From positions 416,001-480,000 of the forward strand of contig CAVVMW010000021.1 in the NCBI GenBank assembly GCA_963749495.1: a stretch of DNA of 64,000 nt, in the 5' to 3' direction. Shown here piece after piece: positions 27,048 to 36,648 of the stretch. Within the stretch, counting starts at the first letter, position 1; each line of letters opens with the position of its first letter. The notes under the pieces are model-generated. The model worked only from the letters and a program-made list of their open reading frames with translations, was not told the origin of the DNA and did no database searches. A program made the translations under genes and the position numbers. This DNA is from an uncultured bacterium. Its GTDB lineage: Bacteria > Verrucomicrobiota > Verrucomicrobiia > Limisphaerales > UBA8199.

Positions 27048-27962
27048 TTAGGTCTCCAGCCTCAGCGCAAAGGTCATAATCGAGACATTGTAGGCAAAGG
27101 CCAGGCCCGCCAGCAGGAGGAACAACGCCGCCGAGAACCAGGACGAAAAGCCGACCTCAAGCATCACCAAGGCCATGAGGACATCGACAGCCAGGTAAAT
27201 CCCCAGCGTGAAGGCATTCGAGCGGTTCGACCCCTTGCGCACCATGGTGCGGATGAATGAGATGGTGAGGACCGGGAGCAGCAGGACGATGGCCGCCCAG
27301 ATGAAGAGCCGCCGCGCCCAGGCCATCCGCTGCACCGGCGCCGGCGGGTCCAGCGCCGCTACGGCGGCCGCCGCCGTTGCACCGGGCGCCCCGGGCTTGG
27401 TCTCGTTATTGTAATGGCGCGTGAAGACCGTATCGCCGCTGCCCACCTCGGCCAGAGTCAGGTCGAGGTCGAGCCTGGCGCCGCCCGGATAGGACTCGAA
27501 GCTGTTGATCTTGCCGAAGAGCACCCCCTGCGCCCCGGAGCCGCCGGCCTGACGCTGCGCCTGGCCCGGCTCGGTCGGCCCCTGGACGCGCAGGTGCAGG
27601 GCCTTGCGGAGCCTGTCCCAGAGCCGCTCCTGGCGCACGTCGAAGACGCCGCTCTGCTCCAGCGCCGAGCGCAAGTGGTCGCTGACATAATCGCTCGGGT
27701 CATTGGCCAGGTGCAGCAGGACGACCGACCCGACGGGGGCCTTGGCTTTGCGCAGGTCCTCGACGATGAGCGGGACCATTTCGTTTGCCGTCTGTTTGCG
27801 CAGCATCCCCACCTCGGGCTTCGTGGGGCCGATGTAAAACCAGCCCTGCAACAGCAGATAACCCGCCAGGGCGGCCACGCCCAGGAACACGAGCAATCTG
27901 AACAGCCAGGTTACCGGATGGCGAACGACGCTGACAGGGGTTTCATATAATGTTCTTAACAT
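27048..27962 (-). CDS. Membrane protein: N-terminal TM, CsgG/LpoB-like alpha/beta domain, three C-terminal TM helices
   Basis: Hydrophobic segments; pattern VVLLHLAND...L.SALEQSG.F.V...GAQGVLFGKI...LDL.LAEV..G..VF. Confidence 0.75.
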   Translation of the reverse strand: MLRTLYETPVSVVRHPVTWLFRLLVFLGVAALAGYLLLQGWFYIGPTKPEVGMLRKQTANEMVPLIVEDLRKAKAPVGSVVLLHLANDPSDYVSDHLRSALEQSGVFDVRQERLWDRLRKALHLRVQGPTEPGQAQRQAGGSGAQGVLFGKINSFESYPGGARLDLDLTLAEVGSGDTVFTRHYNNETKPGAPGATAAAAVAALDPPAPVQRMAWARRLFIWAAIVLLLPVLTISFIRTMVRKGSNRSNAFTLGIYLAVDVLMALVMLEVGFSSWFSAALFLLLAGLAFAYNVSIMTFALRLET

Positions 27963-27980
27963 AGGCTCTCGCTTTCGCTC

Positions 27981-28638
27981 TTAGTGTTCATTGCCGTCGA
28001 TGATGCTCCGGGCCCGCCGCCGCAGGTCGGTGGTGTCCCCGGCCTCGGCCGTCTTTTGGACGGCCCCGCGTTCCCTGGAGGGCGATTCGCTCTCCTGCTG
28101 TGCGCCCACCTCGTCTTCGAGGTCCTTGAACATCTGGTCGATCGACGGGATGGTCTCGGCCATCGAGGTCTGGACCCCGTCCATCTCCTTGCCGTGCATC
28201 TTCTCCCAGAACGCGGTCGGTGTCCACCTGGTCGCCCAGCTTGTCCTCGACCTCGCCCAGCACGTCGGCTACGGAATCCGGATCGATCCTGACCACGGTG
28301 TTGATGGCCCCCAGGGCGCCGGAGAATTCCTGGTCGGTTTTGGCCATCTCCAGCTTGGCGAGCAATTGCTCGAAGACCCAGCGTTTCATCTCCAGCTTGG
28401 ACATCATCAACTCGCTGGCGCGGCAGGTCTGGAGGTTGCGCTGGGCGGCGGCCTTCTGGCCGTCCCGAAGGTAGCTCCGGGCATCGGCCCAGGCCTTGTC
28501 GCGGTCCGTCTTGAGCTTCTTGATGCGGTCCTTCACGGCATCCACCGCGCCCTCCGCCTCGCGAAAAGCCCTCCGCCGTCTGCTCCTGCCTTCGCGCTCG
28601 CGCTCTTGTCGGGATTTGAATAGGTCTTGAACGGCCAT
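27981..28638 (-). CDS. ESCRT-III (CHMP2/Snf7)-like coiled-coil protein (frameshift near 28215)
   Basis: About 218 aa after joining ORFs 27988-28725 and 27981-28199; basic helical hairpin, acidic C-half, terminal DTTDLRRRARSII. Confidence 0.75.
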
Positions 28639-28758
28639 AACTTTGGTTCTTTCAGATTTTCTTGGGTTAATTGGTTGGTTTTGTCGCTCCGGGCCAGCTT
28701 TCAAACGCCTCGTTTCTGCGTGCAAGGGGATGTGACATTCTCAATCTCTTTTCCTTCC

Positions 28759-29361
28759 TCACTCCAGCTCCAATTGCTTGAGCAACTTCAAGTCGTCCTG
28801 CGAAAAATGGCGGGCGGCGCCGCCCTGCGCGGGCATCTCGTGGAGCTCGCCCTCGCTGTTTTCGGAGGCGAACACCGCCGGCTTGTGTTTGATCTTCTGC
28901 AAATCCGTGAGGGCCTCGTTGGCCTCCTCGACGCGGTCCAAGGCCTCCTCCAATTGCACCGCGATGGCATCCAGGTCCTCTCCTTTGACCCCGCGCCCAA
29001 TGGCGTTTTCCAATTCGCCGAGCTTTTCCAGGGCCATGGTGTTGGCCTCGATGCTCGCCAGCAGGAAATCGCCCGGCCCTTCCATCCGGCTCAACTGCCT
29101 CAAGTCCATCTGGATTTCCTTGGCCAGGAGCCTCTGGTTCAAACCGCCGGTCCGGTCGTACTTCGCCTTTTTGTCTCGAATCCGCTTTTCGTGCTGCGTG
29201 ATCTCCTCCCGCAGCCCGTCCAGGCGGTCCTGGTTGCCGGCGCGATTCCGGGCCAAGCTGTCCCTCCAGAGCCTCAACTGCTCCTTCTCCCCGGGCCGCA
29301 GCCCCAGCCCTCGAGCCAGGCGCGAAGCCACCGAACCGATAAAATCGCTAAAATTCTCCAT
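28759..29361 (-). CDS. Second all-helical ESCRT-III-like protein
   Basis: 200 aa; amphipathic N-helix, basic coiled coil, acidic C-half, terminal DDLKLLKQLELE. Confidence 0.65.
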   Translation of the reverse strand: MENFSDFIGSVASRLARGLGLRPGEKEQLRLWRDSLARNRAGNQDRLDGLREEITQHEKRIRDKKAKYDRTGGLNQRLLAKEIQMDLRQLSRMEGPGDFLLASIEANTMALEKLGELENAIGRGVKGEDLDAIAVQLEEALDRVEEANEALTDLQKIKHKPAVFASENSEGELHEMPAQGGAARHFSQDDLKLLKQLELE

Positions 29362-29530
29362 GCATCTGTCCCTTCAATCACATTCAATGCCTTTTGAAAG
29401 ATCAGCCCGTTTGGACCACCGCCGGTGCCGCAGCCGCAACCGCAGCCGCCTTTCCTTACGGCGGAAAGCGGATTCCTATTCAGCGCGGCCGAGGATGGAG
29501 GAACCCCGGGGCCAATGTCGGGAGGCGCCC

Positions 29531-29757
29531 CAGGGCCGAAGGCCCGTCATGTGACAGCCCGGCCTGCAGCGGAGCGGAGGGCCGGGTAAGCCAGTGCCCG
29601 CGAAAACGGTCCCGGCCTGTAAGGCCGGGACCCTCTGCCCGAGGTCCCGAGCCTTGTTGCGCCCTTGCAGGGCGCGACCGATTGTCTCCCGATGACCTGG
29701 GCCTCCGCTCGCAAGCTCGCTCCAGCCCAGGCGCTCACATTTCGGGCTTTCAGCCCG
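29531..29757. repeat. Intact REP-like element (homologue of the IS4 target)
   Basis: Matches 13609-13749 joined to 15649-15733; contains hairpin GCGCCCTTGCAGGGCGC. Confidence 0.85.
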
Positions 29758-29800
29758 AGCGAGGGCGCACCTTAGTACTACCGGACGCAAATACGGTGAC

Positions 29801-29937
29801 GTAGCGCAGACCTCCGAGTCTGCTGTATCGCCGACTTCCAAGTCGGCTGCGCGTCCGTGAAGGCACGCGCGTCCGCACCTCGGTTGGCCCGCAGGTTTGG
29901 AAACCTGCGAGACAGCAGACTCGGAGGTCTGCGCTAC
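29801..29937. repeat. GTAG-type REPIN
   Basis: GTAGCGCAGACCTCCGAGTCTGC...GCAGACTCGGAGGTCTGCGCTAC. Confidence 0.88.
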
Positions 29938-29996
29938 CCTGGCGGCGGCCCTGCCGCGCATCGAGGATACGTCATCGTATTTATGAAACGGCCCAC

Positions 29997-32701
29997 TTAG
30001 TTCTCCTTAATCCAAACGATGGACCGTCCGCCGCGGTTTAACCTGGCGTAATTGGGAATGGCGGTCAGGGGCTGGCCGTTGGAGAAGGTGCCCTTGATGA
30101 CCATGACGCCGCCCAGCAAGTCCGGGTTCCATTCGGCGCGAAGGGGCGAGCCGGGGCCGAGGGCAAGGTCGAGATTCTGGTCAACGGTTTCGATGTTGTA
30201 GAGGAGAGCGCCATAGCGGAGGGCAACGCGTCCGCGGAGGGCGGCGACCTGGGGGGCGGCCCGGAGGCGCTGGACTTTCATCGGGAACATTACCTCAACT
30301 TTGTCCCCGGCCTTCCATGTGCGCGTGAGGCCGGCGTAGCCGTTCTCGATGGACGGTTTGACCGGGGACCCGTTGACGGAAATGGCCGTGAGGCCCTCGC
30401 AGGCGGGGCTTGCGGTGTAGAGGAGGCTGACATTCCTGCGCGGGACGCGGAGCTTGAGTGTGAACCGCTTTGGCTGGGCGGGGCTGACGCCGAGCTCCAC
30501 CTTGCCGCTCCATGGATAATCCGTGGTTTGGGTCAAGGTCACCGCGGTTCCGCCGATGTCCGCCTTGGCAGTGATTCCCGAGTAAAGATTGACAAAGAGG
30601 GCATCCGCCGTTTTGGAGCAGGTCCAGGACGGCAGCATGAGGAGGGTGCGCGGGATGTTTCCGACGCAGCACGGGCAGCCATGCCACTTGTAACGTTTCT
30701 CGCCGGAATCCAGCGGGTTTGTGTAGGTGAAGTTCTCGGCCTCGAGGTCGAGCGAGCCAAGAATGGCGTTGTAAAGCGTTTCCTCGTAGAGGTCGGCATA
30801 TTGCCCTTGGCCGTAGGTGAGCTGCAGCTTGTATTGGAAGAACAGCTCCCCGCAATCCGCGCACGATTCGGAATAGGCGCGGTTCGGGAGCGAGTAGTCC
30901 TTGCCAAAGCCCTCCGAGGTTTCGCCGCTGCCGATGCCGCCGGTGACGTAGTATTTCCGGTTCACGATGCTGTTCCACAACGACATGACCGCCGAGCGGT
31001 ATTCCGGGTCGCCCGTTTCCATGGCGATGTCCGCCATACCGGAGTAGCAATAGGCCGCGCGGACCGCGTGGCCGACCGCTTCGTACTGGCGGGTCACCGG
31101 CAGATGGCTCTGGTCGTACTCCTCGCCATGGCCGCGCGAGTCGAGGAGAAACCTTGCCAGTTCGATGTATTTCCGGCCCTTGCCCGGGCCGTCGAGCCGC
31201 TCGACGAACCGCCCCAGGCGGACCAGCGCCTGCTCGAGTTCTTCGTGGCCCTCGTACCAGGCCCGCTTGGGCGCCGGGCCGATGTTGGCGCACCAGCAAT
31301 CGGCGAGTTTTCGCGCCGCGTCGAACAGGCGCCGGTCTGCGCCATCGGTGAGCAGGCAATGGGCGATGGCGGCCTCGATGAAATACCCGGCGTTGTATCC
31401 TTCGTGGTCGAATTTGTTGGACCATCGTTTGTTGCCATTGATGGTGTACATCGTCTGGAGATACCCGTCCGGCTCCTGGGCGCCGAGGATGGTGGGTATC
31501 CAGTCCTCGAGGGTCTTTCGCAGGGCGCGCTGGGCATTGGCGATCTCCGGGTCGCCCTGCGGCTCGACCATCAGAGCCAGGCAAGTGGATTCCACCGTGT
31601 TATAGACCCACGCATTGGCGAAGGGGGCGCCGGTGTGCCTGGCGCCGCTCTTTCCCTCGAGTTTGTTGGCGGCCTGCACGAAATTCTCGATGCCCCCTTC
31701 GGGCAGTCTTGGATCCGAGATTTTGGCCGCGCAGTGTGGAATCCAATGAACGATAATGTTTTTGATCCGAGGCCTCCAGAAGGGACTGCCCACGCTGTAG
31801 GGTTCGGGCCAGACCGTCTCCAAGTGGTTGCTGGGGGCCGGCGGTTCAACGGTCACGTTGACGGTGTTGGTGGAGGCGAATTGCCCGTCGTCCGCTTTGA
31901 GCGCGAGCACGTAAACGCCGGGCTCGGAAAAACGCGCCGCGCTTTCGGGCTCGCCTGGACTCTCAAACGCCACGGAGCCGGGCCCGACAGCTTCCCCCAT
32001 GTCACGACCGGGGAGGGCAAGACCTTGCCGTCGTCCCTTACCGCCCCGCTGAGCCATGTCGGGGCCGGCAGCACCACACTGCGGTCGACGCCCGCGCTCA
32101 CCATCGGCGGAAAGTTCGGGGACTTGCCCGAGTCATACACACGCCATTCGAGCAGGCCGGTCGAGAAGGCGCCGTTGGAATCCAACTCCAGCCTCAGCCT
32201 GGAAGTAGTGACCTCGGAGAAAGTTGCCCGGTTGAACCTGTCCTTTTCCAGCGCCGGCCCGTTTGCGCCCGGCGCGGGCACGAAGCCCTGGCCATCCCAG
32301 TAAAGGACCCGGCAGGCCCTGGGCAGACGCACGCCCCGGTCGTCGTCGAACCAATACACCTCCATGCTTCGCGTCGAGATTGGCTGGGACCATTCGTACT
32401 GCACCCATTGGGTTCCGCTTCTGGGCCAGTTGCCGTAAGCGCCGTGGCTCTTGTCGTTCGAGTTTTCCGGCGTGAACCCGTCGTTGAGGGCGGTGATCGT
32501 CTCGTGTCCGGAGACAAACGAGGTGGAGGAGCGCGCAACCAGGGCAAGGTTAAGGCCGCCCGCGCCGGCTCGCTGGGAAGCCGAATCTCCGCCGGGGGCC
32601 TCCCCTGCCCTGGCGCCGCCGGCGAGCAGCGCGCTCAGGGCAAGCACCAGGGTCCGAACAGCCGTTCCTCCGCAACTCGACGTAGCTAGTAGGTGTTTCA
32701 T
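29997..32701 (-). CDS. Secreted GH127 beta-L-arabinofuranosidase-like protein with discoidin-like and PKD-like domains (frameshift near 31980)
   Basis: HEGYNAG, AVGHAVRA.Y, YVTGGIGS..EGFG, YSESCA, PCC; signal peptide; PPMVSAG.D. Confidence 0.88.
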
Positions 32702-32758
32702 AGTTTATCTTTGGCGATCTTCTAAGGGATGGCGGACGCCAATTCCAGAGTTTATTTC

Positions 32759-33028
32759 GGGTCCGATTAAGAGCGTCAGGCGTGCGCCTCGGCGGTTTTG
32801 TCCCGGAGGGACATCCGACAATAGCCCGGCGTTTCAACGCCGGGACCGCCACGAAGGGGACCCTCGTCCTGAAGGGACGACTGAGAACACTCCTTGCTTT
32901 CAACCGTCCCTTCGGGACGGACCTGTTCCTTGGGTCCGCTCACCCGGCGTTGAAACGCCGGGCTATTGTCGGAAGCCCCTTCGGGGCAAGAAGGCGCTGT
33001 GGGCTGACGGACGCTTTTGATCGCACCC
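32759..33028. mobile_element. MITE (270 bp) enclosing a REP-like palindrome
   Basis: 19-bp inverted repeats 16/19 (GGGTCCGATTAAGAGCGTC); perfect 9-bp duplication GTTTATTTC at 32750-32758 and 33029-33037; internal AGCCCGGCGTTTCAACGCCGGG hairpins. Confidence 0.8.
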
Positions 33029-33072
33029 GTTTATTTCCCCCCTCCGCGTTCATCCCGGCGGACGGGCATGCA

Positions 33073-33396
33073 TCACCCCCCACCCGGCGCATCTCTCAAC
33101 TCGGCGACCAAGCCCGACGCCAGCAACTGTTCCAGCACCGAATAGACCGTAGCCCGGTAGCCGGCAAAGAAACACACCAGATGACGCTCGCCTGCCACTG
33201 ACCGCTGATCGTAAATCACCCGCATCCGGCCCACGCGCAAGCGCCAATAGGCGGCCAGCCGGCCTTCCAACTGTCTGAGGTCACCCTTGTCTCGGGCGAG
33301 CCCCTTTATTGCCTGCCAGAGCTTGCGGCGCGGCTCAGGGGCCAGCGATCCGAGAAAACCTTTGACCTGCTCGCCAACGATGACGCGGGTCTTCAT
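33073..33396 (-). CDS. RelE/ParE-family toxin
   Basis: FL.SL..E.RRKL..AI..L...LEG.L..YWRLRVGRMRVIY. Confidence 0.8.
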   Translation of the reverse strand: MKTRVIVGEQVKGFLGSLAPEPRRKLWQAIKGLARDKGDLRQLEGRLAAYWRLRVGRMRVIYDQRSVAGERHLVCFFAGYRATVYSVLEQLLASGLVAELRDAPGGG

Positions 33397-33647
33397 GAGG
33401 ACATCGCCTTGTCCAACTCCGCCGCATCATGGAATCTCATCCGGCCAGACTCGTAGGCCTTCAGGGCCTTGGCAAATTGCGGGTTGCTCAGCAGCTCCAT
33501 CGTCTCGATCAGGGCCTCGATCCGGTCTCTGGACAGATAGACGCCAACGATTTTCCCGCGCCGGCTGATGGCAAAGCTGTCTTGATTGACAAGCTTGTTC
33601 AGCCGGGCCTGCGCTTCAGTCACATTCACTATGGAATCACGGTTCAT
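33393..33647 (-). CDS. Phd/YefM-family antitoxin
   Basis: VNVTEAQARLNKLV...ISRRGK...EALIETMELLSNP; overlaps the toxin start. Confidence 0.85.
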   Translation of the reverse strand: MNRDSIVNVTEAQARLNKLVNQDSFAISRRGKIVGVYLSRDRIEALIETMELLSNPQFAKALKAYESGRMRFHDAAELDKAMSS

Positions 33648-33737
33648 TCACTATAGGTTAGAGGGCAGCGCGTGGCTTTTCAAGGCATTTCCTCCTGAGC
33701 AGTTGACTCTTGGCGTGCCAAACGGGTAAAAGCAGGG

Positions 33738-36449
33738 ATGCAGCGAAGGCTCCTTTGTTTTGGCCCGGCGCGCGCAGTCATCGGGGTTGCGCTGGTCGTG
33801 GTCCTGGCCGGGTGTGCGGGACATGGTCAGCAACCGTCGGCGCCCAAGGCGCTGGGCGGCGAGGCGGGGCATCCGGCCGCCAATCGTTACCTTGTGCCGA
33901 CCGGTCAAGTGCTCACCCCGGCCGGCCGCCAGGTTGACCTTCCGGGGATGCGGCCGCAGGCCCTGGCGCTCAGCCCCGACGGCAGGTTGCTCGCCACAGC
34001 CGGCCGGAAGAATGTGCTGGTGTTGATCGATCCCGCCACCGGCCAGGTCCTCCAGACAATTCCGTTGTCCATCCCCAAGAACGAGTCCGCCACACCTGCC
34101 TCCGCGCCCGCCCGCAGCGCCGCCACAAACAGCGCGGACCTCAGTTTCACCGGGCTTGTATTCTCCCCCGATGGGCGGTGCTTGTACCTCTCCAACGTCA
34201 ACGGCAATGTCTGGATGTTGGCAGTGGATGGGGCCCGCGTGGTTGGGCCACCCGCGGTCCTGCCGGTGCCAAATGCCAAGGCGCCCGGACAAAAGCGCGA
34301 GATCCCGGCCGGCCTGGCAGTCTCGGCCGACGGCAAACAGTTGTATGTGGCGGGCAACCTCGGCGGCCGGCTCTACGAACTGGATGCACTCACAAGCAGC
34401 CCGCTCCGCTCCTGGAACACCGGGGTCGCCCCTTACGACGTCGTCCTGACCCGTTCCAAGGCCTACGTGAGCAACCTGGGCGGGCGCTTCCCTCTCGAGG
34501 GCGAACTCACCGCCCCGGCGGGCAAGGGCACGACCGTCCTGGTGGACCCCGCCCGCTACATTCCCTTGGCCGGCTCGGTAACGGTGATCGACCTCGAGGC
34601 GGGCAAGGTCAGCTCCGACATCCCCACCGGCCTGCACACCTCGGCCCTGGCCCTTTGTCCCGGCGGCAGATACCTGGTGGCCGCCAATACCGGCGACGAC
34701 ACCCTCAGCGTGATCAACACCCATACCGACCGCGTCATCGAGAAGATCTGGGCGCGGCAGAGCCCCGCCGACCTCTTTGGCGCCCAACCCAATGCCCTGG
34801 CCTTTGCCCCCGACGCAAAACGGCTCTACGTCTGCAATGGCACCCAGAACGCCGTCGCCGTCGTTCGGTTCGAGCCGGAACGAAACGCGTCCGGGGTCAC
34901 GGGACTCATCCCGGTTGGCTGGTTCCCCGGCGCCATCCAGTTCGACGCCCGCCGCCAAATCCTTTGCGTGGCCAACATCAAAGGCATCGGGGCGGCAAAA
35001 ATCCTCAAGCCGGGCGAAAAGCCCAAGCTTAACGTCAAGGACTTCTTTGGCACGGTTTGCCTGGTCCCGGTGCCGGGCGATGGACCGCTGGCGGCCCAGA
35101 CCAAGACGGCCTTGGAGAATATGCGTTACCCGAAACTGGCGGAGGCGCTGCTCCCGCCGCGCCCAGACCAGCCGGCCAGGCCCGTGCCCGAACGGGCGGG
35201 CGAACCCAGCCTCTTCAAGCACGTCATCTACGTCATCAAAGAAAACCGCAGTTATGACCAGGTCCTGGGCGACATGCCGGAGGGCGATGGCGACGCCGCT
35301 CTGTGTACCTTCGGCGAGCAGCACACGCCCAACCAGCACCAGATCGCCCGCCAGTTTGTTCTGCTGGACAGTACCTTCTGCTCCGGCGTGCAAAGCGCCG
35401 ACGGACACCAGTGGACCGACAGCGCCCTCGCCAACGAGTACGTCGAGCGCCAGCTCACCGCCAACTGGCCGCGCAGCTACCCGGGGGCCAAGACCCAAGA
35501 CGGCGTGGATGCCCTGGCCTGGGCCTCCTCGGGCTTCATCTGGGACAACGCGCTGGCCCATGGCAAGACCTTCCGCAATTACGGCGAGTGGATGCTCTCC
35601 CAGGCCGGCTGGAAAGACCCCAAGCGCAAGGACAAAATCGCGTGGCGGGACTTTTGGAACGATTCCCAGGCAGGCGCCGGCGCCACGCAACTCCGGAGTT
35701 GGGCCGCCCTCCCATCGTTGCGGGGCCACTGCGATACCAACACCGTCGGTTGGGACCTCAAGGTGCCCGACGTGATGCGCGCGGCCGAGTTCATCCGTGA
35801 ACTCCGGCAATTCGAGACCAACGGCGAGATGCCGGACTTGATCCTCCTTTTTCTGCCTAACGACCACACTGGCGGCGCCCGCTCCGACTACCCCACGCCC
35901 GGAGCGCAAATCGCCGACAACGACCTGGCCTTGGGGCGCGTGGTCGAGGCCCTGACCCACAGCCGCTTCTGGCCAGAGACGTGCCTCTTCGCCATCGAAG
36001 ACGACCCGCAGTCCGGGTGGGACCACGTCAGCGGTTACCGCACCACCTGCTACGTCGTCAGCCCCTACACCAAACGCCACCAAACCGTGAGCACCCGTTA
36101 CAACCAGTGCAGCCTCGTGCGCACCGTCGAGTTGATCCTGGGCCTGCCCCCGATGAACCAACTGGACGCCGCCTCCGAACCCATGACCGATTGCTTCACC
36201 CCCAGCGCCGACCTCACCCCTTTCACCAGCCTGCCAAACCGCGTCCCCCTGGACCGCATCAACCCCAAGCCCAAGCAGATAGCCGACCGCGTGATGCGCC
36301 GGGACGCCCTGGCCTCCAACCGCCTCCCGCTAGACCAGCCGGACCGCTGCCCCGAGGACCTCCTCAACCGCATCCTCTGGCACGCTATGAAAGGCCCGGC
36401 GGTGCCCTACCCCCAATGGGCCGTCAAGGCGGTGGGAGATGCGGACTGA
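33738..36449 (+). CDS. YVTN/YncE beta-propeller plus phosphoesterase lipoprotein
   Basis: Lipobox LAGC, propeller repeats, KHVIYVIKENRSYDQVLGD, SADGHQW, LPNDHT, EDDPQSGWDHV. Confidence 0.9.
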   Translation: MQRRLLCFGPARAVIGVALVVVLAGCAGHGQQPSAPKALGGEAGHPAANRYLVPTGQVLTPAGRQVDLPGMRPQALALSPDGRLLATAGRKNVLVLIDPATGQVLQTIPLSIPKNESATPASAPARSAATNSADLSFTGLVFSPDGRCLYLSNVNGNVWMLAVDGARVVGPPAVLPVPNAKAPGQKREIPAGLAVSADGKQLYVAGNLGGRLYELDALTSSPLRSWNTGVAPYDVVLTRSKAYVSNLGGRFPLEGELTAPAGKGTTVLVDPARYIPLAGSVTVIDLEAGKVSSDIPTGLHTSALALCPGGRYLVAANTGDDTLSVINTHTDRVIEKIWARQSPADLFGAQPNALAFAPDAKRLYVCNGTQNAVAVVRFEPERNASGVTGLIPVGWFPGAIQFDARRQILCVANIKGIGAAKILKPGEKPKLNVKDFFGTVCLVPVPGDGPLAAQTKTALENMRYPKLAEALLPPRPDQPARPVPERAGEPSLFKHVIYVIKENRSYDQVLGDMPEGDGDAALCTFGEQHTPNQHQIARQFVLLDSTFCSGVQSADGHQWTDSALANEYVERQLTANWPRSYPGAKTQDGVDALAWASSGFIWDNALAHGKTFRNYGEWMLSQAGWKDPKRKDKIAWRDFWNDSQAGAGATQLRSWAALPSLRGHCDTNTVGWDLKVPDVMRAAEFIRELRQFETNGEMPDLILLFLPNDHTGGARSDYPTPGAQIADNDLALGRVVEALTHSRFWPETCLFAIEDDPQSGWDHVSGYRTTCYVVSPYTKRHQTVSTRYNQCSLVRTVELILGLPPMNQLDAASEPMTDCFTPSADLTPFTSLPNRVPLDRINPKPKQIADRVMRRDALASNRLPLDQPDRCPEDLLNRILWHAMKGPAVPYPQWAVKAVGDAD

Positions 36450-36526
36450 ATCGCTCCACAGGGAGCTGCGACGATGTCGAAATCGTGCGAGGCGATCATG
36501 AATCGGAGCGTCCTCGCCCGGCGCGG

Positions 36527-36636
36527 AGCGTTTTGGACTGCGGCAGTCCTCTGCCGCTTTCGCGTCCGCAGCGTCCAAAAAGCGGCAGAGGACTGCCGCA
36601 GTCCAAAACCTTCGGGCTTCCGGTCGGTTCATGGAG
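36527..36636. repeat. REP doublet, direct repeat of 40807-40917
   Basis: TTTTGGACTGCGGCAGTCCTCTGCCGCTTT pair plus tail CCTTCGGG..GGTCGGTTCATGGAG. Confidence 0.85.
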
Positions 36637-36648
36637 AGACCGTGGTGC

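Noticed and set aside
27981..29361. Ordinary PspA/Vipp1 genes
   Set aside because: No recognisable PspA N-terminal signature (F.R...I..N......EDP) or psp context; MIM-like tails and the MIT-like ATPase fit ESCRT-III better, though a profile search is needed
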